Below are positions 8,958 to 17,677 of a stretch of DNA of 45,487 nt, piece after piece (the stretch's first letter is position 1; the number at the start of each line of letters is the position of its first letter). The translations under genes and the position numbers were made by a program. A model generated the notes under the pieces. That model did no database searches. It was not told the origin of the DNA and saw nothing but the letters and a program-made list of their open reading frames with translations. Origin of the DNA: a virus (Duplodnaviria > Caudoviricetes); the IMG/VR virus record IMGVR_UViG_3300027815_000001, positions 1-45,487 of that record; one strand, 5' to 3'.

Positions 8958-9505
8958 TGTCTCTCTCTAAGTTCACCTACGTTGAGTACGAGCCTGCGCC
9001 TGACCGCTTTGGCCGTACCCACACACATTTGTTACAGATTGGCGATGGTGTCAATAGCATCTATGACACGAACATAGAAAGCGTGGCGGAGGAACTTGCG
9101 GAGACCGTGGCCCGTTGCACAGAGGATAGGCATGAGGGGCATGGCTTCACACACTCAGACGCCGAGGTGGAAGAAGCCTATCGTACTGCCGTCATGCAAC
9201 TGCTGACAAGGGACTACGACAAGGAGCAAGAGGAGATTGAGCGTGGCATACGGCGTCAGAAGAAATGGGGTGGGCCAGTGCCAGAGATGGTGCTTTTCCC
9301 CGATGCTGCCGACCCCAAGAAGTGGAATATCCTTGTGACAGACAAAGAGGGCAATGCCTTTGTCTATCCTGTGCGGAAGGAAGCGCAAGCCCTTTTGCAT
9401 GAGGCATTACCAAGTCCTGACCAGGTGAGGGGTACGCACCCCACCAAGTCTGGGCTTGGATGGAAGGTTGACAGGCGGTTCAAGCCCCGTTATGATGGGC
9501 GGTGA
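8954..9505 (+). CDS. Hypothetical protein
   Basis: AGGAGG RBS, coupled to the neuB stop codon. Confidence 0.7.
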   Translation: MMSLSKFTYVEYEPAPDRFGRTHTHLLQIGDGVNSIYDTNIESVAEELAETVARCTEDRHEGHGFTHSDAEVEEAYRTAVMQLLTRDYDKEQEEIERGIRRQKKWGGPVPEMVLFPDAADPKKWNILVTDKEGNAFVYPVRKEAQALLHEALPSPDQVRGTHPTKSGLGWKVDRRFKPRYDGR

Positions 9506-9526
9506 CTGAACCAATCAGTTTAGGCT

Positions 9527-9556
9527 AAAAGGACGTGCATCTCCGCACGTCCTTTT
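9527..9556. terminator. Intrinsic terminator-like hairpin, possibly bidirectional
   Basis: AAAAGGACGTGC-ATCTCC-GCACGTCCTTTT: perfect 12-bp stem including A and T tails, at the end of the capsid/glycosylation unit. Confidence 0.7.
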
Positions 9557-9594
9557 GCTTTAGCTCCCACTGATGATGATGAAAGGGGGCGACG

Positions 9595-9897
9595 ATGCCC
9601 AACATCCTCGGTCTTGCTGCAATCTCTCTCACAGACGATGCAGCTGCTGGTTTCGCATCTGTCCCTACAGGCACAACGCAAGCTATCTTGAAGTGTGAGT
9701 CCAACAGCGTGCGCTTGGGTGATGCTACTTCTGTCCCAACTGCCTCTACAGGCTACCTGTGGAGCGTTGGTGAGACACTTGCTTTCGTTGGCAACGACTA
9801 TGGCGACTTCCTCCGTAATCTCAACATCATCAACGCTACTGCCGGGAGCAACGGCGTAATCAAGGGCATCTTCTTCAATGGTTTTGACCGTGCGTAG
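9595..9897 (+). CDS. Putative small virion structural protein
   Basis: Beta-rich 100-aa protein immediately upstream of the fibre gene. Confidence 0.55.
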   Translation: MPNILGLAAISLTDDAAAGFASVPTGTTQAILKCESNSVRLGDATSVPTASTGYLWSVGETLAFVGNDYGDFLRNLNIINATAGSNGVIKGIFFNGFDRA

Positions 9898-9906
9898 GAG
9901 AATGAT

Positions 9907-10767
9907 ATGAAGGCTTCCGGTGGGGCCACCGTTTATGTAAACAACGGGGAAGACCTGCGTCTGTACGAGACCGGTAACGCAAACTACGTAGGGTTCAAAG
10001 CTCCTTCGCTTACCGCAGACAAAATCTGGACGTTGCCGACGGGTGACGGCACAGCCAACCAAGTCCTCGTAACCAACGGGAGCGCTGTCCTCTCTTGGGC
10101 GTCCTCTTCTACCACGGGCAACATGGCGGACGGCACTGCGGCGAACCCAGGGTTGCCGTTTGGTTCAGACCTGGACACAGGGTTCTACCTCATTGGCGCT
10201 AACTCGCTGGGGCTATCGTTGGGCGGAGTGGGAAGCGCGGTAGTAAACCTGGGAGCCACACAAACCCTCACCAACAAGACCCTCACCGCCCCAGCCATAA
10301 GCCAAGTGGTCTTCCCCGCCACACAAGACCCCTCGGCCGGGGCGAACACCCTGGACGACTACGAAGAGGGTTCCTGGACGCCTGTCATCCAGGGCGATTC
10401 TACCGCAGGGGCGCAGACGTACAGCGCCCAGGTCGGCAAGTACGTCAAGATTGGGCGACTTGTGACCTGCACCGCCTTCATAGCTATGACAGCCAAAGGC
10501 GGGACAACGGCGGGCAACATACAGGTAGGTGGACTCCCGTTTGCCCACGAAAACGTTACGTCCTCACGATCCTGTGCCGCTGGTTCCTACAGTGCCATAG
10601 ATCTTTCGGCAGGCAAATCCGCCTTCTCTATAATTCTCGTTACCAACACATCCGTGTTGCTTTTGGTTGAGGACGGGGACAACGTAGCCAGTGCGCAGGT
10701 AGTCGCCGCTGCTATATCGGATACCACTAGCATCCACCTGTCCATCACCTACTTGGCTGCGGCCTAA
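9907..10767 (+). CDS. Tail fibre-like protein
   Basis: DGTAANPGLPFGSDLDTG, QTLTNKTLTAP, ANTLDDYEEGSWTP and GKYVKIGRLV are typical of phage fibre proteins. Confidence 0.75.
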   Translation: MKASGGATVYVNNGEDLRLYETGNANYVGFKAPSLTADKIWTLPTGDGTANQVLVTNGSAVLSWASSSTTGNMADGTAANPGLPFGSDLDTGFYLIGANSLGLSLGGVGSAVVNLGATQTLTNKTLTAPAISQVVFPATQDPSAGANTLDDYEEGSWTPVIQGDSTAGAQTYSAQVGKYVKIGRLVTCTAFIAMTAKGGTTAGNIQVGGLPFAHENVTSSRSCAAGSYSAIDLSAGKSAFSIILVTNTSVLLLVEDGDNVASAQVVAAAISDTTSIHLSITYLAAA

Positions 10768-10776
10768 AGGAGAGAC

Positions 10777-11034
10777 ATGGCAATCACAAAACGCACAGAA
10801 GTCGGGGCCATGACGGTGCTGCCCGACAGACAAATCCAGGTCAGGCTTGATACCATCCTAGAGGAGGACGGCAAAGAACTCAGCCGTACCTATTTTCGCT
10901 ATGTGCTTGCGCCTGGGGACAATTTGACGGGGCAGCCTGCATCGGTGTCCAGCCTTGCTAAGATGGAATGGACAACGGCGGTTGTGAACGCTTACAAAGC
11001 GGCACTAGCAAAAATCAAGATAGGAGCTGGCTAG
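10777..11034 (+). CDS. Fibre-associated small protein (possible assembly chaperone)
   Basis: IQVR...EDGKELSRTYFRYVLAPG pattern often follows DDYEEG-type fibres; AAGGAG RBS. Confidence 0.6.
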   Translation: MAITKRTEVGAMTVLPDRQIQVRLDTILEEDGKELSRTYFRYVLAPGDNLTGQPASVSSLAKMEWTTAVVNAYKAALAKIKIGAG

Positions 11035-11036
11035 CC

Positions 11037-11249
11037 ATGCAACAGCATCAGCCTATACAAATCCGCCCCACGGATGAAGAGATTCAAGCCTTCATCAACT
11101 CCAACCCTGCCGTGAAGCAGGCATTAGAGAACATCGTACTAACGCGCATGGTGCGTGAGCGCGACGCCGAGATCGCCCGTTTCAAAGACGGGGCGACGGC
11201 AATGGCCCCGATAGCCAACATGCCTAAAGAGGAGGTTGCCAATGCCTAA
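11037..11249 (+). CDS. Hypothetical protein
   Basis: AGGAG RBS before ATG 11037; predicted helical. Confidence 0.55.
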   Translation: MQQHQPIQIRPTDEEIQAFINSNPAVKQALENIVLTRMVRERDAEIARFKDGATAMAPIANMPKEEVANA

Positions 11250-11349
11250 GCACAGTGAACACATGATGCCTGGGATGCCCAAGCACGAGGGCAACATGCC
11301 GCCCAAGAAGATGCCCAAGAAGCCCATGCCGATGAAGAAGGGCAAGTAG
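11242..11349 (+). CDS. Met/Pro/Lys-rich micropeptide (35 aa; not in ORF track)
   Basis: GAGGAGG RBS; translates as MPKHSEHMMPGMPKHEGNMPPKKMPKKPMPMKKGK. Confidence 0.6.
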   Translation: MPKHSEHMMPGMPKHEGNMPPKKMPKKPMPMKKGK

Positions 11350-11350
11350 T

Positions 11351-12739
11351 TTGGCGACCACGACCTTGCAAGTGGCCCGTCGTGAGTTTGGCCGTCGTCT
11401 TGGCTATGGCGAAATCATGGGCAAGGACGGCGCGGCCTGGACGACTACCACGAACCTTGCAACGACAGCCGTCATTATCTCTACAAACCTGAGAGACTAC
11501 GGTTTTGACGACTTGTTGGCTGCGGGCAGTGGTGATGACATCCTGCAAAACTTGTGGACGATCATCCTGGGGACAAACAACAACGGGACGGTAAGGCGTG
11601 TCAAGTCCTACGATGCTTCTGCGGGTGAAGCTACTGTAGCGGGCACAGTCCTTGCAGCCGAGTCTGGCAACACAGACTTTGAGTTTCATCGGTACTCGCC
11701 CACGTTGCTCCGTGAAGTCTTGAACTCTGCTGCACGGCGGGCTTTCCCCCTACTTCATCTTCCTGTGACCAGGACGCTTTTTACAGCAGGGAATCAGGTG
11801 CGTTACGAAGTCCCAGCGGCCATCATTGGCAAACCTGTACGCATCTACCTGGACACTGGGGTACTCTACACTTTTGCCAACAACATTCTATCCAACGCTG
11901 GGTTTGAGACTTATTCCAGCGGCTTCACGTCCTGGACTGCCGATGCGAATATCACGGTAGCCCAAGAGACAGCAACCACAACGCCTGTGAACTACGCCGT
12001 CTACCGCGATTATTCAGCGGCCAAGCTCACCAATGGCACGACTGGTACGAAGCGGGACTTTGAGCAGACCATCTCTAGCCCTGGTACGCATACGGGGCTA
12101 AGGGTGTCCTTCTCAGTTTGGGTGTACTGCTTGGAGGCGAACAGTATCACCACGCAGATTAGCAACGACTCAGGTGACACGATTGGGACAGCGGCTGGTG
12201 GGGGTGTACATGGCGGCACGGGCTGGGAACTCCTCACGCAGACGATGGACTACATCACGAGCAGCACGACGCTAAAACTTGGCGTGTCCTTCGTTGCAGG
12301 GGCCAGCACTGGGCTTGCGGTGTATGTGGATGAGGCAATCTGCGTGGTTGGGCCTACACAGGAACCTGAACTGCCCGGGGAACCATTGCTGAGTTGGGAA
12401 TATGTCCCGCAGGTGCAAGGCACAACGCTCCGGTCAGAGGTGGTATTCCCTGGCACGTTGCCTGACAAATGCCGCCTTCGCTTTGAAGGCAAGGGGTTCC
12501 TGTCCACGCTCACGGCAGAGACGGACACCATAGAAATCGGGCCACCTCAGACGGATTTGCTCTACGCTTTTGCCAAACAAGAGCTTTACGAACGGCTCTT
12601 GCAAAATGCTCTAGACAACGACTCCAAGACCTACGAGCGGTTGCGTAAGCTGGCAGAGAATCAGATAGCAGACCTCTCGCGCATCTTTGCCATGCCGTCC
12701 CAGAGCCACAGACTACAAGTCCCTGATTGGAGTTACTAG
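11351..12739 (+). CDS. Putative tail adaptor/tubular protein with inserted carbohydrate-binding-like domain
   Basis: Helical N- and C-terminal parts flank a beta-sandwich starting NILSNAGFET (CBM4/9-like); position in the tail module. Confidence 0.55.
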   Translation: MATTTLQVARREFGRRLGYGEIMGKDGAAWTTTTNLATTAVIISTNLRDYGFDDLLAAGSGDDILQNLWTIILGTNNNGTVRRVKSYDASAGEATVAGTVLAAESGNTDFEFHRYSPTLLREVLNSAARRAFPLLHLPVTRTLFTAGNQVRYEVPAAIIGKPVRIYLDTGVLYTFANNILSNAGFETYSSGFTSWTADANITVAQETATTTPVNYAVYRDYSAAKLTNGTTGTKRDFEQTISSPGTHTGLRVSFSVWVYCLEANSITTQISNDSGDTIGTAAGGGVHGGTGWELLTQTMDYITSSTTLKLGVSFVAGASTGLAVYVDEAICVVGPTQEPELPGEPLLSWEYVPQVQGTTLRSEVVFPGTLPDKCRLRFEGKGFLSTLTAETDTIEIGPPQTDLLYAFAKQELYERLLQNALDNDSKTYERLRKLAENQIADLSRIFAMPSQSHRLQVPDWSY

Positions 12740-15115
12740 ATGCCAGGGGCCGGGCAGACACATCATGTCATGTTCAAGGATTCAAGCGGAGGCAACAAAA
12801 CTGGCCTCCGCTTACTTGAAGATGAGGAGGGGAAACTGCTCTACGGCTGGGAGCTTGCGCCGGCGCTGGCCCCTGGCGTGGAGTCAAAGGACGTGCAGTA
12901 CGGGCAGTACGATCCTTCCCAGGAGCTTGTGTGGTCGCAAGACGACTGGCAAGGCGGGGCGCTGCGCTTCTACTACAATCCGCGCGATCCCGCGAAGTAC
13001 GCCGTAGCAGACGGAGTATGGGCGCTTTCCCCGAATGAGTTATCTACTGCGGGATATGCGGAACCGTTGACCTTTGGTGTGCTCAATGGCAGCTTTGAGA
13101 TGGGTGACACCACGGGCTGGTCGCATTCTGGTCTGACTCTCACTGTCGTGACTACAGCACCCTACCGAGGTATCTACCATTTACAAGCTGCTAGTTTTGC
13201 GACATCGGATTACGCCTATAGTACGCTTGCAAATGGGACTCGCTGGGCTGGCGCAGTCGTTATGGTGCAGGCATTCGTGCGTGGCTCTGCTGCCGGAGGG
13301 ACACTGCGAGTACAAATTGTTGAGACGGGTGGCGCTTCCACTCCAACAACTTCTGGAACAGGGGTAGTCCTTACCACAACCTATCAGCAAATCTCTGCTA
13401 CCGTTACCCTACAATCAGACACTACCGGCATTGACATTCGTATACAGATGGAGGACGACGGCGGGAGTGCCCGCACGGTCTATATTGACGATGTGAATGC
13501 CTACGCTGGTGGAACAACGACGCCGCATAGTATTGCAACGCCTGTGAACCTCCGTCAGCTTGTACAGAACGGAAAACTTCTTCTAGCCACAGAGTCGGCA
13601 GTTTGGCTCTACACGGAAATTACCCACTACTGGGCATTGCAGAAGTATTTTGGGCAAGCCATTACGGGGGCGGAGGTTTTTGACGACCGCCTGTTTATCG
13701 GGCAGGGAGAGTCTACCGCTTACCAATACAGTGACGTGGCTGATCCTGCGACATGGACAGTCTCAACCATTGCCAGCACGGGGAAGAACGCCAATTACTT
13801 CGGGAAAACGTTGAATGCTAATGGGAACTGGGCGCTTGCCAAGACGCTGAACGATGATGATGTTCACTTGGCTACCGATCCTACAAATACAGGTTCTTGG
13901 GGATCCGCTATCAATGTGGGTAAGGACGATCATGGTGTAACCAACGTCTATAATCTTGGCGGGACTATCGCTGTAGGAAAACAGGATGGGTTCTACCAAT
14001 TCTTGAGTCTTGACGGAAGCCAATTCGTCAATGTGTACCCAATGGATTCAGCCGTTAATTCACGGAATTTTCGGCGCGGCATTGTGTATGAGAACTTGTT
14101 TTGGACGGTTGTGAATGATACTGGTCTAAGTGTGTTCAATGGTGTTAGATGGCAGTCTATGAACTGGTTATTCAGGACGCCTGGTTTCAGTGAGTTTGGG
14201 AACTCTATCAAAGGCTTTGGGACTGACGGTGAGTGGCTTTACCTTGCACTGGAAGATAGCACTGCCCCAACAACTGACAAGACTTGCTATTTGTTGGCAG
14301 TGCAAAACCAAGAGAGTGCTTGGGTTTGCCATACAATCGCCTCATTTAAGGCCAGTGATGTCATTGACATGGTTATCTGGCGGGATGCTGCTGCCGCTGC
14401 TGCCGCCTTCAACCGCAGGTTTATCTATATTCATGGCAACGATGGATCGTCTGACATTTCCTACCGTTTTCCCTTGCCAGAGCGAAGCAATACTCCCAGG
14501 CGTTCCACCTATCCACTTCTCCCATTGACCAGCACATTCATTACATCTTATTGGGATGGAAATCGCCCACAAGTCCAAAAAGTGGCACATGACCTTGACT
14601 TAATCACCGAGGAATTGACGGCCAATGTATCCATTACTGTTGATTATCAGAAAGACAATGAAACTTCCTGGACTGCTATTAATGCCTCAGATGCAACATT
14701 CAACACTAGTCCTTATGAGACTATCGCTTTCACGGCTGGTACAACCTTCAGGCGTATCAGGCTGAGATTTACTTTCACGTCTAATGTCACGACCGCTACG
14801 GCTGTGCTAAAGGCTTTTGTGCTGCACATGCACTGGCGTCCAGACCGTCTCCAGCAGTGGTTACTAGTTGGTGCCATAGAAGACGGGCTGCGTGGCTTGC
14901 AGGGGGCTGCGCCTGCCTTGCCAGCCAAACAGATGCTTACTCAGTTGGCAACGTTGCGGGACGCAAAGGCCGACGTGACGTTCACCGACATTGACGGCAC
15001 GACCCACACGGGGCATATCGTTGACATGAAGGAGACCCAGGTGAAGGGGCGTGTCGGTTCTGGGGGGCAGGCGGTCTACAGCCGTGGCGTCCAAATCCTT
15101 TTCCAGGAGGGGTAG
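12740..15115 (+). CDS. Putative tail nozzle/tubular protein B with CBM-like insert
   Basis: 791 aa, beta-propeller-like, C-terminal FRRIRLRFTF motif, NGSFEMGDTTGW insert; podovirus gene order. Confidence 0.6.
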   Translation: MPGAGQTHHVMFKDSSGGNKTGLRLLEDEEGKLLYGWELAPALAPGVESKDVQYGQYDPSQELVWSQDDWQGGALRFYYNPRDPAKYAVADGVWALSPNELSTAGYAEPLTFGVLNGSFEMGDTTGWSHSGLTLTVVTTAPYRGIYHLQAASFATSDYAYSTLANGTRWAGAVVMVQAFVRGSAAGGTLRVQIVETGGASTPTTSGTGVVLTTTYQQISATVTLQSDTTGIDIRIQMEDDGGSARTVYIDDVNAYAGGTTTPHSIATPVNLRQLVQNGKLLLATESAVWLYTEITHYWALQKYFGQAITGAEVFDDRLFIGQGESTAYQYSDVADPATWTVSTIASTGKNANYFGKTLNANGNWALAKTLNDDDVHLATDPTNTGSWGSAINVGKDDHGVTNVYNLGGTIAVGKQDGFYQFLSLDGSQFVNVYPMDSAVNSRNFRRGIVYENLFWTVVNDTGLSVFNGVRWQSMNWLFRTPGFSEFGNSIKGFGTDGEWLYLALEDSTAPTTDKTCYLLAVQNQESAWVCHTIASFKASDVIDMVIWRDAAAAAAAFNRRFIYIHGNDGSSDISYRFPLPERSNTPRRSTYPLLPLTSTFITSYWDGNRPQVQKVAHDLDLITEELTANVSITVDYQKDNETSWTAINASDATFNTSPYETIAFTAGTTFRRIRLRFTFTSNVTTATAVLKAFVLHMHWRPDRLQQWLLVGAIEDGLRGLQGAAPALPAKQMLTQLATLRDAKADVTFTDIDGTTHTGHIVDMKETQVKGRVGSGGQAVYSRGVQILFQEG

Positions 15116-15616
15116 GTGGAGAAGCACGAGACGAACCACTGGAAGTACGACGGGAGCACACAGACCTACCAAACAAAACTAGGCCAGGGGCGTCCCGTAG
15201 AGGTGGTTCGCAAGACGGCGGATCAAACCAACAACAGCAATACTCTGGTAGATGACACTGAGTTGAAGCTGGCAGTACGCGCTAACACCGTCTGGTGGCT
15301 ACGGCTTTTCATTAGAGCAACGTCCCCGGCAGCAGAGGACATGAAGTGGGGGTGGACACTTCCTAGCGGAGCAACGATAGAATGGTCTGAACTGGGAGAT
15401 TTTGCATCTGGCTCATTTCTTACCCCAAACACGACTGGGACTGAAGCAGTTTCTACGGCTGGCGGGGTGGACGAGGTCAACATTATTGAGGCGTTGGTTA
15501 TAGTAGGTTCTACGGCAGGGACGATTCAGTTCCAGTGGGCGCAACTAGGTGGGCTTGGTGGTAGCCCCACAACGGTCTACGCCAACTCTGTGCTCTTGGG
15601 AATCCAATGCGCATGA
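15116..15616 (+). CDS. Putative minor tail/virion protein
   Basis: AGGAGG RBS; beta-rich, with GTIQFQWAQ and TTVYANS patterns seen in minor tail proteins. Confidence 0.55.
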   Translation: MEKHETNHWKYDGSTQTYQTKLGQGRPVEVVRKTADQTNNSNTLVDDTELKLAVRANTVWWLRLFIRATSPAAEDMKWGWTLPSGATIEWSELGDFASGSFLTPNTTGTEAVSTAGGVDEVNIIEALVIVGSTAGTIQFQWAQLGGLGGSPTTVYANSVLLGIQCA

Positions 15617-15648
15617 GTGGTATACTAGGCGGAAACGAGGCAAGCAGA

Positions 15649-15906
15649 ATGACGACTGACGAGACTTCCCCTACATCGGAACCACCAAAGGTTCCCAAGA
15701 GGCCGCGTAGTGCCCCACGCAAGCCTGCGCCTCCAACCCAAGAGGAACAGCTTGCCGAGGATATGCGGCTGATTGCTGAGAGTGCTAAGGCTGTCGGTAT
15801 GAAATCGCTAAGGACACTGGCGGAACGGGGCCTCACTTTCCTGGACGCTCTAGGCGACCAGTCAACTCCTGATACCACGAAGAAGCTGCCACTGAAGAGG
15901 AAGTAA
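15649..15906 (+). CDS. Hypothetical protein (Pro/Lys-rich N-terminus, amphipathic helix)
   Basis: ORF coupled to the next gene by TAATG; start uncertain (15607, 15613 or 15649). Confidence 0.55.
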   Translation: MTTDETSPTSEPPKVPKRPRSAPRKPAPPTQEEQLAEDMRLIAESAKAVGMKSLRTLAERGLTFLDALGDQSTPDTTKKLPLKRK

Positions 15907-16127
15907 TGGGATGGCTGACCAGTTCCTTGATGGCAAGCGTGGTAGTCGCAGTTGTAGCAGTCCGAATCTGCGAGTACCTCTTTGGGGGTGTGACCAGCGG
16001 CTTGGGCTGGGGTGTGAGATACGCGGTCTTTTGCCTGACCTGGACGGCAGTTACTACACTAACTGGAATGCACGGTGTTTCTAAACAGATGCGCCGGTTG
16101 AAACAAACAATGATAAGGAGAATCTAA
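15906..16127 (+). CDS. Small two-helix membrane protein (holin-like topology)
   Basis: Two hydrophobic segments and a basic C-terminus; TAATG coupling on both sides. Confidence 0.55.
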   Translation: MGWLTSSLMASVVVAVVAVRICEYLFGGVTSGLGWGVRYAVFCLTWTAVTTLTGMHGVSKQMRRLKQTMIRRI

Positions 16128-16249
16128 TGGGGCCAAAAGAATTTATGTACCTTGGAATCGTTGGCCTTATCGGGCTTGTCCTGGGCGGCGGCCTCACCTG
16201 GCTTACGAAGTTCTTCAAGGGCAAGAATAACACCACGCCAAAGGCATAA
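16127..16249 (+). CDS. TatA-like single-TM peptide (40 aa; not in ORF track)
   Basis: AAGGAG RBS. MGPKEFMYLGIVGLIGLVLGGGLTWLTKFFKGKNNTTPKA has GxxE, a short TM helix, a Gly hinge and an amphipathic FFK segment, and sits directly upstream of tatC. Confidence 0.5.
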   Translation: MGPKEFMYLGIVGLIGLVLGGGLTWLTKFFKGKNNTTPKA

Positions 16250-17073
16250 CCATCTGGACACCACAGGCGCAGGCCGCACTCAAGCGGTTTGCGGGAAGGG
16301 TACGCCGGCGGCTTCTCTGGATAATCATCGCTTGGGCAATAGGTGCAAGCAACACCTGGTGGTTCCGAGAGGCGGTGTTTGCGTTCCTGTTTGCCCCCGC
16401 TAACGGCGCTTTGTCGCCTTACGGGGGACTCCCCATCTTCACAAGCCCAGGCGGGATGATGGGCGTTACATTTAGTCTGGCGGTAAAGGGCGGCTTGGTC
16501 GCTGCGTTCCCCGTTGCAGTAGTTAGCGTCTACACGCTGGTGAGGCCGTTGCTGAGTCCACAGCATCGGCGGATTGTCATCCTCTTCCTGCCTGCTATCC
16601 TCGTGTGTTTCCTCGCTGGGGTAGCGTTTGCCTATTTCGTGATGCTGCCCACAGGGATGAAGTTTCTCCTCAATTTCGGAGAGGGCATCGCAGTCCCGCT
16701 CATCAGCATCACGGAATACATGAGCCTGGTCACATCGCTCATTTTCTGGATTGGCGTGACCTTTGAGTTGCCGCTTGTCATGCTCCTTCTCACGAAGCTG
16801 AGGCTCGTACCATACGAGCGCTTCAAGCGAGCTAGCAAGTACGTTCCTTTCGCGGCAGTTGCCCTAGGCGGGTTTATCACGCCCACGGTTGATGAAGTCA
16901 ATCAGACGTTGATAGCAGTACCAATCATCCTCTTGTATGGGTTCGGGCTGTTCCTGTCGTGGCTGGCACGGGCAAAGCCGGTGGGCCACAAGAGCATCTG
17001 GCAGAAAGCTAAGGCGTGGTTCAAGGGCTGGCTAGACCGCTTGGCTTGGCGGTGGTTCTCATTCTGGCAGTGA
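16246..17073 (+). CDS. tatC: Twin-arginine translocase subunit TatC homologue (divergent)
   Basis: Six hydrophobic segments. GVAFAYFVMLP, ISITEY, FWIGVTFELP and ITPTVDEVNQTLIAVPIILLY match TatC. A TM1-like segment (RVRRRLLWIIIAW) lies in frame upstream of the called GTG 16375, so the true start is near 16246. Confidence 0.88.
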   Translation: MTIWTPQAQAALKRFAGRVRRRLLWIIIAWAIGASNTWWFREAVFAFLFAPANGALSPYGGLPIFTSPGGMMGVTFSLAVKGGLVAAFPVAVVSVYTLVRPLLSPQHRRIVILFLPAILVCFLAGVAFAYFVMLPTGMKFLLNFGEGIAVPLISITEYMSLVTSLIFWIGVTFELPLVMLLLTKLRLVPYERFKRASKYVPFAAVALGGFITPTVDEVNQTLIAVPIILLYGFGLFLSWLARAKPVGHKSIWQKAKAWFKGWLDRLAWRWFSFWQ

Positions 17074-17075
17074 GT

Positions 17076-17204
17076 TCATGGCTTGTGCCTGTGGTTGTAT
17101 AGCCGGAAAGTAAGCATGGCCAACCACACATTGGTCATCACCGACAAAACAAGAATGGCCCTACTTATCCATTCAATCGCAGCAGTCAGTTCTTCGGGTG
17201 TCAT
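17076..17204 (-). CDS. Small membrane protein (42 aa)
   Basis: AGGAG RBS; MTPEELTAAIEWISRAILVLSVMTNVWLAMLTFRL. Confidence 0.55.
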   Translation of the reverse strand: MTPEELTAAIEWISRAILVLSVMTNVWLAMLTFRLYNHRHKP

Positions 17205-17677
17205 CGCTTCACTCCTGTAGGCCCTGGCGACTTCGCAAACGTAGGCCGGGCGTAGGCCCTGGGGATACCCGTGACATTCGCCCCGTTGCCCTCGTTGCGG
17301 TAGTTGTGGCTCACCGCATCCTCCTGGGCCTGCGCGTACTTCTCCGAGCTTATGGCGGCGTGGCCCGTAGCCTCCCAATGCTCCCTAGTCCAGGGAACCT
17401 CTCTTGACTGTGCCTCGCTGCACGACAGGCAGAGCATACGCTCCGGGGGTTGCGCGATCCATTCCTTGCGGACTTCCTTCGGGCTAGGCTGCGCAGGCTT
17501 CTCCCTGGCCCACTGCTGAGCCTTACGCATCTGTTCGGATGTGGTAGCCATGATACGCCTCCTGCACGTCTCTGTGTGTGACCATGTGATGCGTTGGCGC
17601 TCTTCGTAGTCGTTCGCAGCCCGTAGGTTGATGGGGCGGCTACAGTGCGGGCAGACGGCGGGCGTTACGGTGGTCAT
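17201..17677 (-). CDS. Hypothetical Cys-motif protein
   Basis: CPHC and CLSC motifs; a strong internal RBS (AGGAGG) precedes an in-frame ATG at 17551. Confidence 0.6.
   Translation of the reverse strand: MTTVTPAVCPHCSRPINLRAANDYEERQRITWSHTETCRRRIMATTSEQMRKAQQWAREKPAQPSPKEVRKEWIAQPPERMLCLSCSEAQSREVPWTREHWEATGHAAISSEKYAQAQEDAVSHNYRNEGNGANVTGIPRAYARPTFAKSPGPTGVKR

Noticed and set aside
9570-9590. CTGATGA-TGAT-GAAA as a third hammerhead core
   Set aside because: No stem II, and no stem III with an NUH cleavage site could be formed.
11351-11420. ARREF as a twin-arginine signal peptide for the phage TatC
   Set aside because: No hydrophobic h-region follows (GRRLGYGEIMGKD), and it fits an ordinary N-terminal helix.
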